Positions 1-10,488 are shown, numbered from the stretch's first letter. The stretch: DNA of 64,000 nt from Dudresnaya verticillata (GCA_977862235.1 OZ374562.1:186001-250000), one strand, 5' to 3'. Program-made: numbers and translations. The notes: a model not told the origin generated them from the sequence alone.

Positions 1-531
1 AACGAGCCATTGCTTGGCGGTAAACAGTCGCACTGACCAGGTCTGGTGAACAGTGCGCAGCACTGCACAGTGAGAGTGCGCTGCTCGGCTGCAGCAGCTC
101 TCGGAAGGACGCATGCGATGCAAAACGGAGCGTGGCCGTACGAAAAGCGCTGCTCAAAAGGGCATCGGTCGCGGGGCCAAACGTATTGACAAAAGACGCG
201 CGTGTAAATGACCGGTAAACACTCCGATGCGTCATGTGTAACGATACTGTATCGGTGCGCCTCCTCCGTATGACCCAACTAGGCACGCGGTGGCACGCCT
301 TCCTTTGTAAGCCGCCATGCATCTAGTGCAATCCCTCTGCTCTAAGCATCCCTCAGCAAACTTCACAGGTCTGAGTCCTCCGCATCCCATCGCGGCAAGG
401 CGCTGCGCCTGCACTATTTCATTCAGATCCCAACGCGTTCTTGAGCGAATGCGTCTTCGTCACTTGCGTTCTTCCAGACCACCATTACCGTTTGTGGTAT
501 TCACTTGCAATCTTTCTTGCCCTTCCTCGCC

Positions 532-2298
532 ATGCCGCCTAGGGGCGTTTTCGTGTTCCTTTCCCTCCTCGCTTTGGCCCTCCCTGTCTCTGCTGTGCAA
601 CTCTCCGAGTTGATTTCCACAACGGACTACAGATGGAATCCAATTGATATCTTCACGATGCAAGATAACACCCTGCTGCTAACCGCTCAGTCAAGCTACA
701 AGCTCGATGATCTCTTGTTGCATCCATCGGTAACAACCGACAAGAGTCTCCCGTTCTACTCAGAGACCGTCCTGGTGACCAGGGTGCATGCCGAAAACTC
801 CACAGTCATATGGGCCGATGCGCGCTCTACCTTCCAAAACTCCATCTACGCCGCAGTCTCCGCCAAGGATAGAGTCTTCCTCGCCGGTCAGCCAAACCAA
901 CCCGATGTGAGAGATGAACCAATACAGCTCGCAAAATATTGGCCACTCGGCAAACGTGTGTACACTCATGTTGTGAACGAGAGCTCGCAGCCACCGGCAT
1001 ACCCGACGGGCGCTAATTTGGAAGTCAATCGCGGCAGACTTATCTACCATGTCGCCCGAACTTCTCTCTTTCTTCCTGCCTCGTTGTATGTCGCGGGTTC
1101 TCAACGAGAGTTCTATCTGCTGCGATTCTACGGCCCTACCGCTGATCTCGTCTCAGCCAAAAAGCTCCCAAAGTTATCAAACCCAACTCCTTCTTCTCCG
1201 GAGTTGTACAGATTCTCTGTAGGTGGCACAACGCGACCGACTGCGTGCTTCATCTTCCGAGATTGGTATGGCTCAAGCGATGGCGTTGGTAGGTTCTACG
1301 TTCAGTGCACCCCGGTGGGGGGTGGTCCGACTGTGACTCGTGTGCTGGCCCATCCAGTACTAGATGTGGTGATCTTCTCGCTCACTGCTACCGTGGTGGA
1401 GAGCAACGTACCCGGAGCGGCACCTGTACTGCACGTGGCATACGAGCGTGCCCAAGGATTTTCTTACCGCGCCAAGGCCGGCACCTCGAAAGCTACTCAC
1501 GAGCTAGTGGTCCATCGACTTGATACAGAATCTCTCGACGACCTTCCGTGGGGTACAAGTGGTGTTGCTGCACCACTTGTTGTGATACTTGCAACTCCGT
1601 TTTATATGGAACCTGCGGTGCAGTTGGATGAAATGGAGTACATATCTGACTCCGACGCGGTTGCGATTCTTGTTTCCACCACGTCGAGATGGCAGGAGTT
1701 CAGACAAAGGCGGCGAGGTGGGCGGATCAAGGTAGTGGGACAAGAAAATGTTTTCGTATGGCCGCCGGCGCGATGGGTTCTCTTCTTCAGCCGGAAGCGG
1801 AAAGTCGTGGCGCGGCGGATCAATAGAGATCCGCGAAGGCCACCCGTGGAGGACGGATTCAATGAATTGAACATTGGAGGCATGGTTCTGAGCGAAGATG
1901 AACGAAGCTTGTACTTGTACGGGGTATTGAGCACGTACACCGACAACGCGAGCCGTGGTAGTGGTCCATTCTACGTGCACAGAATTCGCGTGCCGCGCCG
2001 CAAGCTCGGTGGGCGGGCTCCCATCGGCCCGCAGCTACCGGACCCTACAGAGACCGCTGAGCCCGGGGACGAGAATGTCGATGGTAGCCCTGAGCCGTCT
2101 ATGGAGGGATCCCCCGAAGCATCAATGGAGCCTTCTCCGGAACTTTCCCTCGAGCCGTCGCTGGAACCTTCCCTCGAGCCGTCACTGGAACCTTCCCTCG
2201 AGCCGTCTCCTGAATTCTCGATAGAGCAGTCCAACGATGGGTGGTATATGTGGTTCCCCGGGTTTTCCGCGACCCCATCGGCGACCGTGTGGTGGTAG
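532..2298 (+). CDS. Secreted hypothetical protein with C-terminal acidic (EPSxE)n linker
   Basis: Long ORF (505..2298 in the track, first ATG at 532). Hydrophobic N-terminus MPPRGVFVFLSLLALALPVSA looks like a signal peptide. C-terminal EPSLE/EPSME repeats. No family recognised. Confidence 0.75.
   Translation: MPPRGVFVFLSLLALALPVSAVQLSELISTTDYRWNPIDIFTMQDNTLLLTAQSSYKLDDLLLHPSVTTDKSLPFYSETVLVTRVHAENSTVIWADARSTFQNSIYAAVSAKDRVFLAGQPNQPDVRDEPIQLAKYWPLGKRVYTHVVNESSQPPAYPTGANLEVNRGRLIYHVARTSLFLPASLYVAGSQREFYLLRFYGPTADLVSAKKLPKLSNPTPSSPELYRFSVGGTTRPTACFIFRDWYGSSDGVGRFYVQCTPVGGGPTVTRVLAHPVLDVVIFSLTATVVESNVPGAAPVLHVAYERAQGFSYRAKAGTSKATHELVVHRLDTESLDDLPWGTSGVAAPLVVILATPFYMEPAVQLDEMEYISDSDAVAILVSTTSRWQEFRQRRRGGRIKVVGQENVFVWPPARWVLFFSRKRKVVARRINRDPRRPPVEDGFNELNIGGMVLSEDERSLYLYGVLSTYTDNASRGSGPFYVHRIRVPRRKLGGRAPIGPQLPDPTETAEPGDENVDGSPEPSMEGSPEASMEPSPELSLEPSLEPSLEPSLEPSLEPSPEFSIEQSNDGWYMWFPGFSATPSATVWW
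2087..2215 (+). repeat. Coding tandem repeat encoding SPEPSMEGSPEASMEPSPELSLEPSLEPSLEPSLEPSPE
   Basis: Imperfect 12/24-nt units (GAGCCGTC.CTGGAACCTTCCCTC) visible directly. Confidence 0.85.
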
Positions 2299-2625
2299 TG
2301 TAGATGAGTACTGGTTTGCAAACGTAGTTCGAGTCGGTCGGAGAGGGGAAGCGAAGAAGACCCCCGAGATCGACGAGTGTAAATTCGCGAAAGACTGTAA
2401 TAAAACAAGTTCCGGATCTATTTCCAAATCATTCGGCTCGGCACCATTGCACTCGGTGACGTGGTCAGCTTTGACGCCAGCAAGCCTCTGAGCACATGCT
2501 CTCCTTCTTTTGCCCCTCCCGGCGGCGCTTGTCCCGTTGTCCCCATTCCTCTCTATCGGACGCTGCCCCACGTGCGAATCCGATCCCTCGCGAGCACCTC
2601 AAGCGCGTCCCTACCGGTGCGCGCT

Positions 2626-3720
2626 ATGGGTGCACATGAGGAGCCGGCTCGCCTGCGCGTCATCATGTACAGCGCGATGCCGTACGAGGTCTCCGCCTTC
2701 GAGCACGTCCTGCATGCAACCCCCGAGGCGCGCGTTCTCGACCTCGTCTTCGTCCCCGCTCAGCTCGACAAGAGCACTGCTTCGCTCGCTACAGGCGCGC
2801 GCGCCGTATGCCTCTTTGCTACCGACCTCGCAGACACGCATCTGCTTGGCCGACTACGCGCACTTGGTGTCGAGCTCGTCGCGTTGCGCTATGCTGGCGT
2901 AAGCTCCGTCGACCTTGAGAAGGCTTCTGAGCTTGGCATGCATGTTGCGCGCGCGCCTGCGCATGCGCCAACCAGTATTGCGGAGTACACCGTCGCGCTT
3001 ATGCTCTCGCTTAACAGGAAGGTACATCTGGCGAGTGCTCGCGTGAGAGATGGCAACATGAACTTGCAGGGCTTGGTCGGGTTTGACATGGCGTCGAAGA
3101 CAGTGGGCATCATCGGCACAGGGAAGGTGGGTCGAATTGTGGCGAGGATTTTGCAAGGGTTTGGGTGCAGGGTGCTTGCCTACGACATGATAGAGTCATC
3201 GGAGGTTATCGACGTGGGTGGCAAGTACGTATCGATGGGGACTTTGCTGGCGTCGAGCGACATTTTGACGCTGCACGCACCGCTGGTGCCCGGGACACAC
3301 CACATGATCGGGCCGGAGACGCTGCCGCGATGCAAGACGGGGGTGCACGTCGTGAACACATCGCGCGGCGGGTTGATCGACGTGAAATCTGCAATAGAAT
3401 CATTGCGATCAGGACAGCTGGGCGGGTTGGCGATAGACGTGTACGAGGGTGAGACGTCGCTATTTTTCCGAGACCACACCGGCGAGACCATCGACGAGGA
3501 CTTTCAGGTGCTCAAGTCAATGCCCAACGTACTTATAACTGGGCATCAATCAGCGCTTACAACCAACGCATTGGCATCTGTGGCGAGCGCGACGATTCGA
3601 ACTTTACTGCAATTTCATGCTGGGGATGAATTGGACTATGGTATCAAGCCGGGACAAACCCGGCCAAAAGCAGCGGCAGTGGTACACGGCGACGGACGAC
3701 CAAACGAGGCAAGTCAATAG
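2626..3720 (+). CDS. D-isomer-specific 2-hydroxyacid dehydrogenase, D-lactate dehydrogenase (LdhA)-like
   Basis: GIIGTGKVG NAD-binding motif, VVNTSRGG, GGLAIDVYEGE, NVLITGHQ. First ATG at 2626. Confidence 0.9.
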   Translation: MGAHEEPARLRVIMYSAMPYEVSAFEHVLHATPEARVLDLVFVPAQLDKSTASLATGARAVCLFATDLADTHLLGRLRALGVELVALRYAGVSSVDLEKASELGMHVARAPAHAPTSIAEYTVALMLSLNRKVHLASARVRDGNMNLQGLVGFDMASKTVGIIGTGKVGRIVARILQGFGCRVLAYDMIESSEVIDVGGKYVSMGTLLASSDILTLHAPLVPGTHHMIGPETLPRCKTGVHVVNTSRGGLIDVKSAIESLRSGQLGGLAIDVYEGETSLFFRDHTGETIDEDFQVLKSMPNVLITGHQSALTTNALASVASATIRTLLQFHAGDELDYGIKPGQTRPKAAAVVHGDGRPNEASQ

Positions 3721-3806
3721 TTGTACATGCGTGGCGGAAAGGACTTGGAATGTGTTGCGGTGAGGGGCACACGAGCAAGCCTGTACAGGGAATAAATTGG
3801 ATATGG

Positions 3807-4094
3807 CTATCGGTGCTTGAGACGTCGCAACAAGGCGAGCTGCTTGTCGACGTCCTCTGGCGCGGCGGATTTTGCACTCGAGGGTTTGAGCTTGCTGGCG
3901 TGCTGGTTTGGGTTTTTCCTACGCTGTTTCTTGGTCGCGATGGCGGCAACCTTGCGGAGGGCCTCGGCGGCGCGACCGACGGTGGACGTTGGGCGGCGGC
4001 GGCGGTGGCGTCGCTTCTCTTGGTGGGGCGTGTGGTCCTCGAGGCGCTTCTTTACGGCGGAAGAGATGCGCTTCTCGAGCAAAGGGCGGGTCAT
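3807..4094 (-). CDS. Small basic (Lys/Arg-rich) hypothetical protein, 95 aa
   Basis: ATG-started ORF in an A/C-rich start context, filling the gap between two clear genes. NLS-like stretches and a helical C-terminus DVDKQLALLRRL. No family recognised. Confidence 0.5.
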   Translation of the reverse strand: MTRPLLEKRISSAVKKRLEDHTPHQEKRRHRRRRPTSTVGRAAEALRKVAAIATKKQRRKNPNQHASKLKPSSAKSAAPEDVDKQLALLRRLKHR

Positions 4095-4309
4095 GATGGT
4101 TGTTGTGCTGTGGACTCAACGTCTGGGTGTGTGCTCGGGCAAGGGTTTGTGCAACGGAGAGTGACAGTCTGCAGAGATTTGGGCGACGGCCTTTCGGTAG
4201 TGAAGGCACGTGACGCCGGGATGTACAAGTACGCCAACGACGGGGTGTGCCAGCGGCGGAACGAACGAAAAAGGCGTTCAGGAGAAAGTGCGGCAAAAAA
4301 AAGAGAAAA

Positions 4310-4879
4310 TCAAGATGCGCGGTATGATGCGGGGCGGTCCTCCTTTTCCCGCTGGGGCGGTGCGGGGCACTGCGCAAGCTGGTGGGCGAGGACATGCGCG
4401 AAGGCGCGCGGGGCGCGCAACGGCGGTCGCGCGGCACCGACGTCCAGCGCGGCGGTCTGCGCGAGCTTGGCGACAAACTCCCGCGCGAGCGCGCGCGCGG
4501 ACGTGACGAGGCAGCACGCGCGCGCGCACATGGCGTCGGCGAGCTCGGTCTGGTGGTTGTGCATGAGCGCGTCGTTGACGACGACCAGCAGACGCTTGCG
4601 CAGCGCGACGGCCTCGACGATGGTGCCGGCGCCCGCGTGCGCCACCACGACGTCGGCGCGCTCCAGATGCGCGCGCAGCGCGTCCGTGAACGCGAACGCC
4701 GTCACGGCCGGGTGCGACGCGTGCGCCGGCGGCGCCGCAAGCGCCGCGTGGCCGTGCTGCACCGTCAGCGACGACACGCCCAGCTGGCGCAGCGCGCGCA
4801 GCGTCTCCGCGCGCACGACGTGGTCTGTCAGCGCCTTGAACTGCGTCGTCCCGACGGTGACCAGCACCGCGAGCGGCAT
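4310..4879 (-). CDS. ALG13: UDP-N-acetylglucosamine transferase subunit ALG13 (Glyco_tran_28_C)
   Basis: VLVTVGTTQF, LTVQHG, ADVVVAHAGAGTIVEA, VVVNDALMHNHQTELAD motifs. ATG at 4879. Confidence 0.92.
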   Translation of the reverse strand: MPLAVLVTVGTTQFKALTDHVVRAETLRALRQLGVSSLTVQHGHAALAAPPAHASHPAVTAFAFTDALRAHLERADVVVAHAGAGTIVEAVALRKRLLVVVNDALMHNHQTELADAMCARACCLVTSARALAREFVAKLAQTAALDVGAARPPLRAPRAFAHVLAHQLAQCPAPPQREKEDRPASYRAS

Positions 4880-5323
4880 CGCTGCTTCGTCGGCGCTGCG
4901 GCGGGAGCGGCGCCCGGTCAGAAGCGCGCTGCGCGTGCCGGTGCGTAGATGATTGACTGCAACGATGGAGGCGGAGGCGGAGGCTGTTGGGCGGAGGTTG
5001 CGCGGCACAGGCGAAGCGCCTTCAGCTGCGGCTGCCGCTCCGACTCTTCGCGACCTGTAATTGCCACACGCGCGCCGCGGCCGCCATTGGGCGACGGTAA
5101 AGGTGCCCCGGTCTTACAGCGCTGCGCCTCCGTGCGCGCGGGCGCGCGGCACGCCCCTCCGCGCTCCATGTCGCGCCCGCATGCGCGCGCGCCACTGTGG
5201 CACGCCGTTCGCGCAGCGAGTTCATGCACCGCCGCCCCGCGCCATGCGTCCGCCCCCGCGCCGGGTCCCCCGCCCTCTGCCCGCCCGCCCGCCCGCCCCG
5301 TCGGAGCCACCTGTGCCACCATC

Positions 5324-7480
5324 ATGGCCGACGTGCCGACCGCGCGCCCCGCCGCGCGCCCCGTCACTGGCGCCGACGCCGAAGCTGTCCCCTCCTCTTC
5401 CGCAGACATGGACGTCTTCTCGTCGCTCACCGAGATCAAGCCGGGCACCATCCCGCTGCTCGTGCGCATGCCCAACAACAACTTTGAGCAGATCGAGGTC
5501 CCGCTCACTTCCACTGTGGAAGATCTCGCCGCCACCCTGGGTAAGGGCGTCCCGGGCGCTGCGGCCGACGACCTGCGCCTCTCATTCGGCAACTCGGACC
5601 TGCGCCCAGGCGCCACACTGCTAGAGTCCAACGTCATCGACGCCTACGAGCACGCCGGCAGCCTGCTCAACATCATTGATGCTGGAGAACTCGACCCCGT
5701 CGCCAAGGCCGCCGCCCTGGACAGCGCCTGCGCAGTCGTCGAGAGCATCTCCAACGGCATCAAGGACATGGAGACCCTGTGCGCCCGCGCCATGGAGGGT
5801 GCTCCGGCCTTCCCGATAGAAGCGGCCCCACCCTCCCCGCAGACTGCAGGAATTGTTGCCGCAGGCGCCGCAGAGGCAGAGCGCGATACCCCAAAGGAGA
5901 TTGACGAGGGCGAGTTTAAGATGCTCAACAGCATGCTCTCCCGCCCTGCAAAGGACCCCACCGAGCCGGACGCCGCCCCAGCCGCCAGTCCGTCCCAGCT
6001 TGCCCGTAGTCTTAGCCGCCGCCTCCCGGAGCTGTTCCCGCCGTCTGCTACTGCCGCCGAGCTGGAGCCGGAACCTGAGTACCCTGTTGACGTTCACCAT
6101 CCAGATGCAGCTCCCTCTGCTCCAGGCCCACCCAGCCAGTCGCTCTTGCAGCCAAGCTTGTCGAGTATTCGAGACGCTCGCCGACGTGCGAGACGGGCGC
6201 AAGCGGATGCTCCTTCAACTGCGGAAGCAGAGAAGAGTGCTGCTAACGCTGTCACTATTGGTGGCAGTACAAATGGCGTTGTGCGCCCTCCACCGCCTGC
6301 TCACGTTGCGGCTAAACCGAGTGCGTCCCAACGCCCGCCTGTTCCGGGTTCAGGCCGTGAGCTTTCCGCAATAATGGCCGCAAAAGCAAAGAGCACGTGG
6401 TTGGAGGATGTGTTCAAAACATGGGAGGTCAAGTCAGTTCGCCAGAGCGGGGTTCTAGAAAAGAGCAAAGAAGGCCAGGAGATCAGCGACTATTTTAACG
6501 AGCTTGACGCCGAGGCCCAACGAGAAGTAGAAACCCTTCACATTGAGGCCCAGAAAGCAGAGGACGACGCCTTGCAGAAAACCGCGCCTCAGGATGCTGT
6601 CGATTCTGAGGAGGATGACCATCGAGCAGACAAGCCGAATGGGCATCTCCAAGGTGCCGTGAATCAGGGACAGGTGCATTCGCGCGCAAATAGTGGCACA
6701 ACCCCTTCGGTGAACCAGCCGGCGTCGAATAGTAACAGTCATGGTGCTGCAGACATGTGCGAATCAATGGCAAACGTCGGCCTTTCTGACCCCACCCCAG
6801 TCGCTAAAGGTGCTGCCTCACAAATGATCAAGGCCCAGAACGCAGCTACGGCTGCAATAATGAACAAAGCGAGATCGATTAAGCCTGAACGGCGGCTACA
6901 AAACGCTCAAATGCCTCAAACACCACCATCCGGTCAATCAATGCCCGCTTCACGAGCTACAACGCCTTCGACTACGAGTAGCCAACCCACTGAATCCATG
7001 CACTCTGGGACCACCGGAATGGCATCGGGTTCCAAGCCACCTCCCAAATTGCGTCAAGCAACAAAGATTGCTCCTGCCCCCAATGTTGCTGCTGCAATAT
7101 CTCCTGGTGTACCTGGCGTCGTACCAAACGGTGCTTTTCCTAATCAGGTGTATCCCAGCGGAATTGCACCAGCAGGTGTATGGTCACCCCCACCTACAGC
7201 CCCTGCTCCGAAGAAGCGCGGGAGAAAACGAAAGAATCCCGAGCTTACCGAAGAAGAACGAGCGCTTGTGCGCAAAGAACAAAACAGGGAAAGCGCAAAG
7301 CTCTCTCGGGTACGGCGAAAGGTGATAGCTGCAGAGTATGAAGGCCGTCTAAATGCTCTTGTAGGGGAGAACACATTGCTTCGAAAGCAAGTTGAAGCGT
7401 TGAACAACCGTCTTGTGTATCTGCAAAGCCTCCTAACCATTTCCGTCCGACAGGAGCCAGGTACTGACGGACGTAGATGA
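5324..7480 (+). CDS. bZIP transcription factor with N-terminal ubiquitin-like domain
   Basis: C-terminal basic region RKEQNRESAKLSRVRRK plus leucine heptads. N-terminal beta-grasp-like segment. Likely ATG at 5324 (the ORF is open from 4949). Confidence 0.85.
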   Translation: MADVPTARPAARPVTGADAEAVPSSSADMDVFSSLTEIKPGTIPLLVRMPNNNFEQIEVPLTSTVEDLAATLGKGVPGAAADDLRLSFGNSDLRPGATLLESNVIDAYEHAGSLLNIIDAGELDPVAKAAALDSACAVVESISNGIKDMETLCARAMEGAPAFPIEAAPPSPQTAGIVAAGAAEAERDTPKEIDEGEFKMLNSMLSRPAKDPTEPDAAPAASPSQLARSLSRRLPELFPPSATAAELEPEPEYPVDVHHPDAAPSAPGPPSQSLLQPSLSSIRDARRRARRAQADAPSTAEAEKSAANAVTIGGSTNGVVRPPPPAHVAAKPSASQRPPVPGSGRELSAIMAAKAKSTWLEDVFKTWEVKSVRQSGVLEKSKEGQEISDYFNELDAEAQREVETLHIEAQKAEDDALQKTAPQDAVDSEEDDHRADKPNGHLQGAVNQGQVHSRANSGTTPSVNQPASNSNSHGAADMCESMANVGLSDPTPVAKGAASQMIKAQNAATAAIMNKARSIKPERRLQNAQMPQTPPSGQSMPASRATTPSTTSSQPTESMHSGTTGMASGSKPPPKLRQATKIAPAPNVAAAISPGVPGVVPNGAFPNQVYPSGIAPAGVWSPPPTAPAPKKRGRKRKNPELTEEERALVRKEQNRESAKLSRVRRKVIAAEYEGRLNALVGENTLLRKQVEALNNRLVYLQSLLTISVRQEPGTDGRR

Positions 7481-7609
7481 GTTCGCGGTGCCGTTGGAAT
7501 GCTGTAAATTTAGGGAAGCCCATGGGCGTCAAAAAGGATTCGCTCCTCTTCCGGTAGGATATCTTGCGGTGTTTTGTCCTGAATGCCCGTAAGGTTGCTC
7601 TCGTTGGCA

Positions 7610-10171
7610 TCATCGCCTGCTGCCAGATTTGCCGGCTGCTTTTGGCATTTTACGGTTCGACTTGTCCTCAACGTCTTCTTCGCGATAGTAATGCGGTGCG
7701 ACTTCGAACAGCCAGCGTCCTTCGATATCGAAAACCTGACGCATGTACTCCTTGGTTGTGAAAACGAGCTCATGGTAGATGAGCCATCTAGGACGCACCT
7801 CTGATCGCGCCAGGCAGCTTGAAGGGTGTATCTGCACAGTGTGAGGATTCTTCACAGTACGATAATTCCCGTTCTTCTGTAGACGACAGGCATTGTAGAA
7901 GAACCCAGCAGTCAATGCCTTCTGAATGGGAACCTTATTCCCAACACCGACTGAAGATCTCTGAATTTCAACCCGGTCAAGCAATGTGTCCAGCTGGTCG
8001 CGAACATCGCGAGCCCTTTTCATGCTTCTTGTCTGGACATAGTTCTCAAAGCACCATTGTTTTGAAAATCCTGAATCTCGCCATTGCGTGTAGCAATGCA
8101 GAAGTGCCATATGGTCCCCGCCTCCACCACGAGAAAACGCTGCTCGAGCTGCGTCTGCCACCATCTTCTTTTCCTTCGGCCGATAGAAAATTGTGTTGTT
8201 AACGCTGAGCATAGCACAGATAATAGTTACTTCTTCAGAACATCCATACATTTCACTTGCAAGAAGCGCTTTGGCCATCATTGGGTCCAATGGCAATTCA
8301 GCCATCCTCCGTCCAAGCTTTGTCAAGTTTCCATTGTCGTTCAGTGCCCCTAGGGCATACAGTTGTTCCAGGGAGCGCAGAAGAGCTTCTGCTGGAGGTG
8401 CGTCTAGAAAGTCAAAGTCTATCAGGTTGTCAATGCCTAACGACATAAGCAGAAGAACAACTTGGCACAAGTTGGTCCGGAGCAGTTCTGGGGTTGTATC
8501 TTCATCCATTTCGTTTTGGAAAGACCACTTGGTATACAATCGAAAGCACTTTCCCGCTTGAGTACGTCCTGCACGCCCCATGCGCTGCTTCGCGCCAGCT
8601 CTTGAAACTGGAACAACGAGGAGACTTTCCATTCCAGTCTTCGGATTGTATGACTTCTGTTTACAAAAGCCGGGGTCCACAACATAAACAATGCCAGGTA
8701 TCGTAACAGACGTTTCTGCAATATTTGTCGCCAACACAACTTTACGAGCTCCTTCAGGAGCGGGCTCAAATATCTTCGCCTGCATCTCAGAGGGCAGCGT
8801 CGCATATATCGGTGCGATAACAAGTTCCCCTAGCTTGGTGCCAAGCCCCTTTGTTCTCTGTTTGAGCATATCCTCGACAGATTCAATCTCATCCTGGCCA
8901 CTCAAGAACACAAGAATGTCTCCTTTCGGTTGCGAAGCATGAATCTGAAGAACCGTGACGCAGCTTGCATCAAGATAGTCCGCCTCTGGAGCCTTTGTGT
9001 ACATAACATCCACTTCAAAACGTCGTCCAGGCACCGTATAGACGGGAGCATTGTCAAAGTAAGAGGAGAACTTCTTGGTATTCAGGGTTGCTGAAGAAAT
9101 GACAACGCGGACATCATCGCCCCGAAACCGTGCGATATCCTTCACGAGCCCCATAACGATATCCGTACTCATTGATCTTTCATGTGCTTCATCGATAACA
9201 ATAACACCGTAACCCTTGAGATCCGGCTCGGACAAAAACTCACGCAGCAACATACCGTCTGTAACATACTTGATGACGGTCTTCTCCGAGCTGCAGTCCT
9301 CAAAGCGAATAGAATAGCCCACTTCTGCACCAAGCCTTACACCCATTTCATCAGCCACACGCGCTGCAACAGACATGGCGGCAACCCGCCTCGGTTGCGT
9401 GCATACAATGCGCCCGAAACCTTCCTCGATAAGGTATTGCGGAATCTGTGTGGTCTTTCCCGAACCGGTCTCACTCTGCACAATGAGTATCTGGTGCTTC
9501 TTAACAGCATCCACTAGCGCGTCACGATGGGCATACATGGGCAACTTACGGCGCTCCTCCAGAATTGCCCTCCTCTTCTCCGCGGCCTCTTCCCGCTCCG
9601 TCCCCACGCCAACCCTTTTCGCCCGGGCCTGAATACCCGCGCGCACATCCTTCCGCAGTAGCCGTCCATCCGCGCCAACAAGCGAGTCCAGCGCACCGCG
9701 ACCACGGTCACCCTGTCTGTCCACGCCGGCGCCCTTGCGCACCTGGGCAGCCTCCCATGCCGCATGGTCCGTCTCGGGGACGTGAGCGGAGTAGCGCATC
9801 TCGACGAGATCAGGCGCACGATCATCTGCGGGTGGGGCGTCGCGCACAGACGGCAGGAGGTAGCGGTCTGCATCCGCGGCCTTTGCGGCGGCGGCGCCCG
9901 CCAGACGTGCCGAGGCGAGGCGGTACAGGTTCTCCTTGACAGCGAGGTCTGCGCGCTCACGCGCCGACAGCTCCTCGCCAGCGAACAGCGCGTGCTCATC
10001 GGCGATCTCGTCGCGCAGCAGCGACAGCTGTTGCTGCTCACGACGCGCTAGGTAGGTCTGACGCGAGGCCTTGCGCAGACGCGATACCTCGTCCGCGGAG
10101 CCGCCGCCCCCTCGCGGCGAGCGCGGGCGCTTTGGGGAGGACTGTGGGGAGGACTGTGGGGAGGGCGCCAT
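7610..10171 (-). CDS. DHX16: Pre-mRNA splicing DEAH-box helicase, Prp2/DHX16 family
   Basis: SETGSGKTTQIPQY, CTQPRRVAAMSVA, IDEAHER, SAT and QRMGRAGR motifs, HA2/OB tail. N-terminal LRKASRQTYLARRE segment typical of the Prp2/DHX16 clade. Confidence 0.93.
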   Translation of the reverse strand: MAPSPQSSPQSSPKRPRSPRGGGGSADEVSRLRKASRQTYLARREQQQLSLLRDEIADEHALFAGEELSARERADLAVKENLYRLASARLAGAAAAKAADADRYLLPSVRDAPPADDRAPDLVEMRYSAHVPETDHAAWEAAQVRKGAGVDRQGDRGRGALDSLVGADGRLLRKDVRAGIQARAKRVGVGTEREEAAEKRRAILEERRKLPMYAHRDALVDAVKKHQILIVQSETGSGKTTQIPQYLIEEGFGRIVCTQPRRVAAMSVAARVADEMGVRLGAEVGYSIRFEDCSSEKTVIKYVTDGMLLREFLSEPDLKGYGVIVIDEAHERSMSTDIVMGLVKDIARFRGDDVRVVISSATLNTKKFSSYFDNAPVYTVPGRRFEVDVMYTKAPEADYLDASCVTVLQIHASQPKGDILVFLSGQDEIESVEDMLKQRTKGLGTKLGELVIAPIYATLPSEMQAKIFEPAPEGARKVVLATNIAETSVTIPGIVYVVDPGFCKQKSYNPKTGMESLLVVPVSRAGAKQRMGRAGRTQAGKCFRLYTKWSFQNEMDEDTTPELLRTNLCQVVLLLMSLGIDNLIDFDFLDAPPAEALLRSLEQLYALGALNDNGNLTKLGRRMAELPLDPMMAKALLASEMYGCSEEVTIICAMLSVNNTIFYRPKEKKMVADAARAAFSRGGGGDHMALLHCYTQWRDSGFSKQWCFENYVQTRSMKRARDVRDQLDTLLDRVEIQRSSVGVGNKVPIQKALTAGFFYNACRLQKNGNYRTVKNPHTVQIHPSSCLARSEVRPRWLIYHELVFTTKEYMRQVFDIEGRWLFEVAPHYYREEDVEDKSNRKMPKAAGKSGSRR

Positions 10172-10397
10172 CTTTTATGGCGAGGAGAGGGCAAGGGCAA
10201 CTACGTCGGGTGCTCGCGATTCGCAAAGAGTATGGCTAGAGAGTATGAAAGTGGTGGAGGAAAGCCGGTTCGTTTGTTTTCTGTCTGAAAGGGGGTTCCG
10301 CGAAAAGCCACGGCAAATTGAGAAATAGAGGTTTTCAGGCATGTTTAAATTTGTCGTTTGTTCTGGGAGTATACATGTTCAGAAGAACAGAATGAAG

Positions 10398-10470
10398 AGC
10401 ATCGTGGCGCAGTGGTTAGCGTGCTGGGCCCATAACCCAGCGGTCCTGAGATCGAAACTCAGCGATGCTA
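10398..10470 (+). tRNA. Initiator tRNA-Met (CAT)
   Basis: AGCATCG...CGATGCT acceptor stem (A1:U72). A-box TGGCGCAGTGG. Anticodon arm CTGGG-CCCATAA-CCCAG. T-loop GATCGAAAC (A54), typical of eukaryotic initiators. Confidence 0.97.
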
Positions 10471-10488
10471 TCTCCGTAAGAGGAGTTC

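Noticed and set aside
3750..4952. 400-aa + strand ORF
   Set aside because: Antisense shadow of ALG13 and the small basic ORF in GC-rich DNA, with no recognisable motifs.
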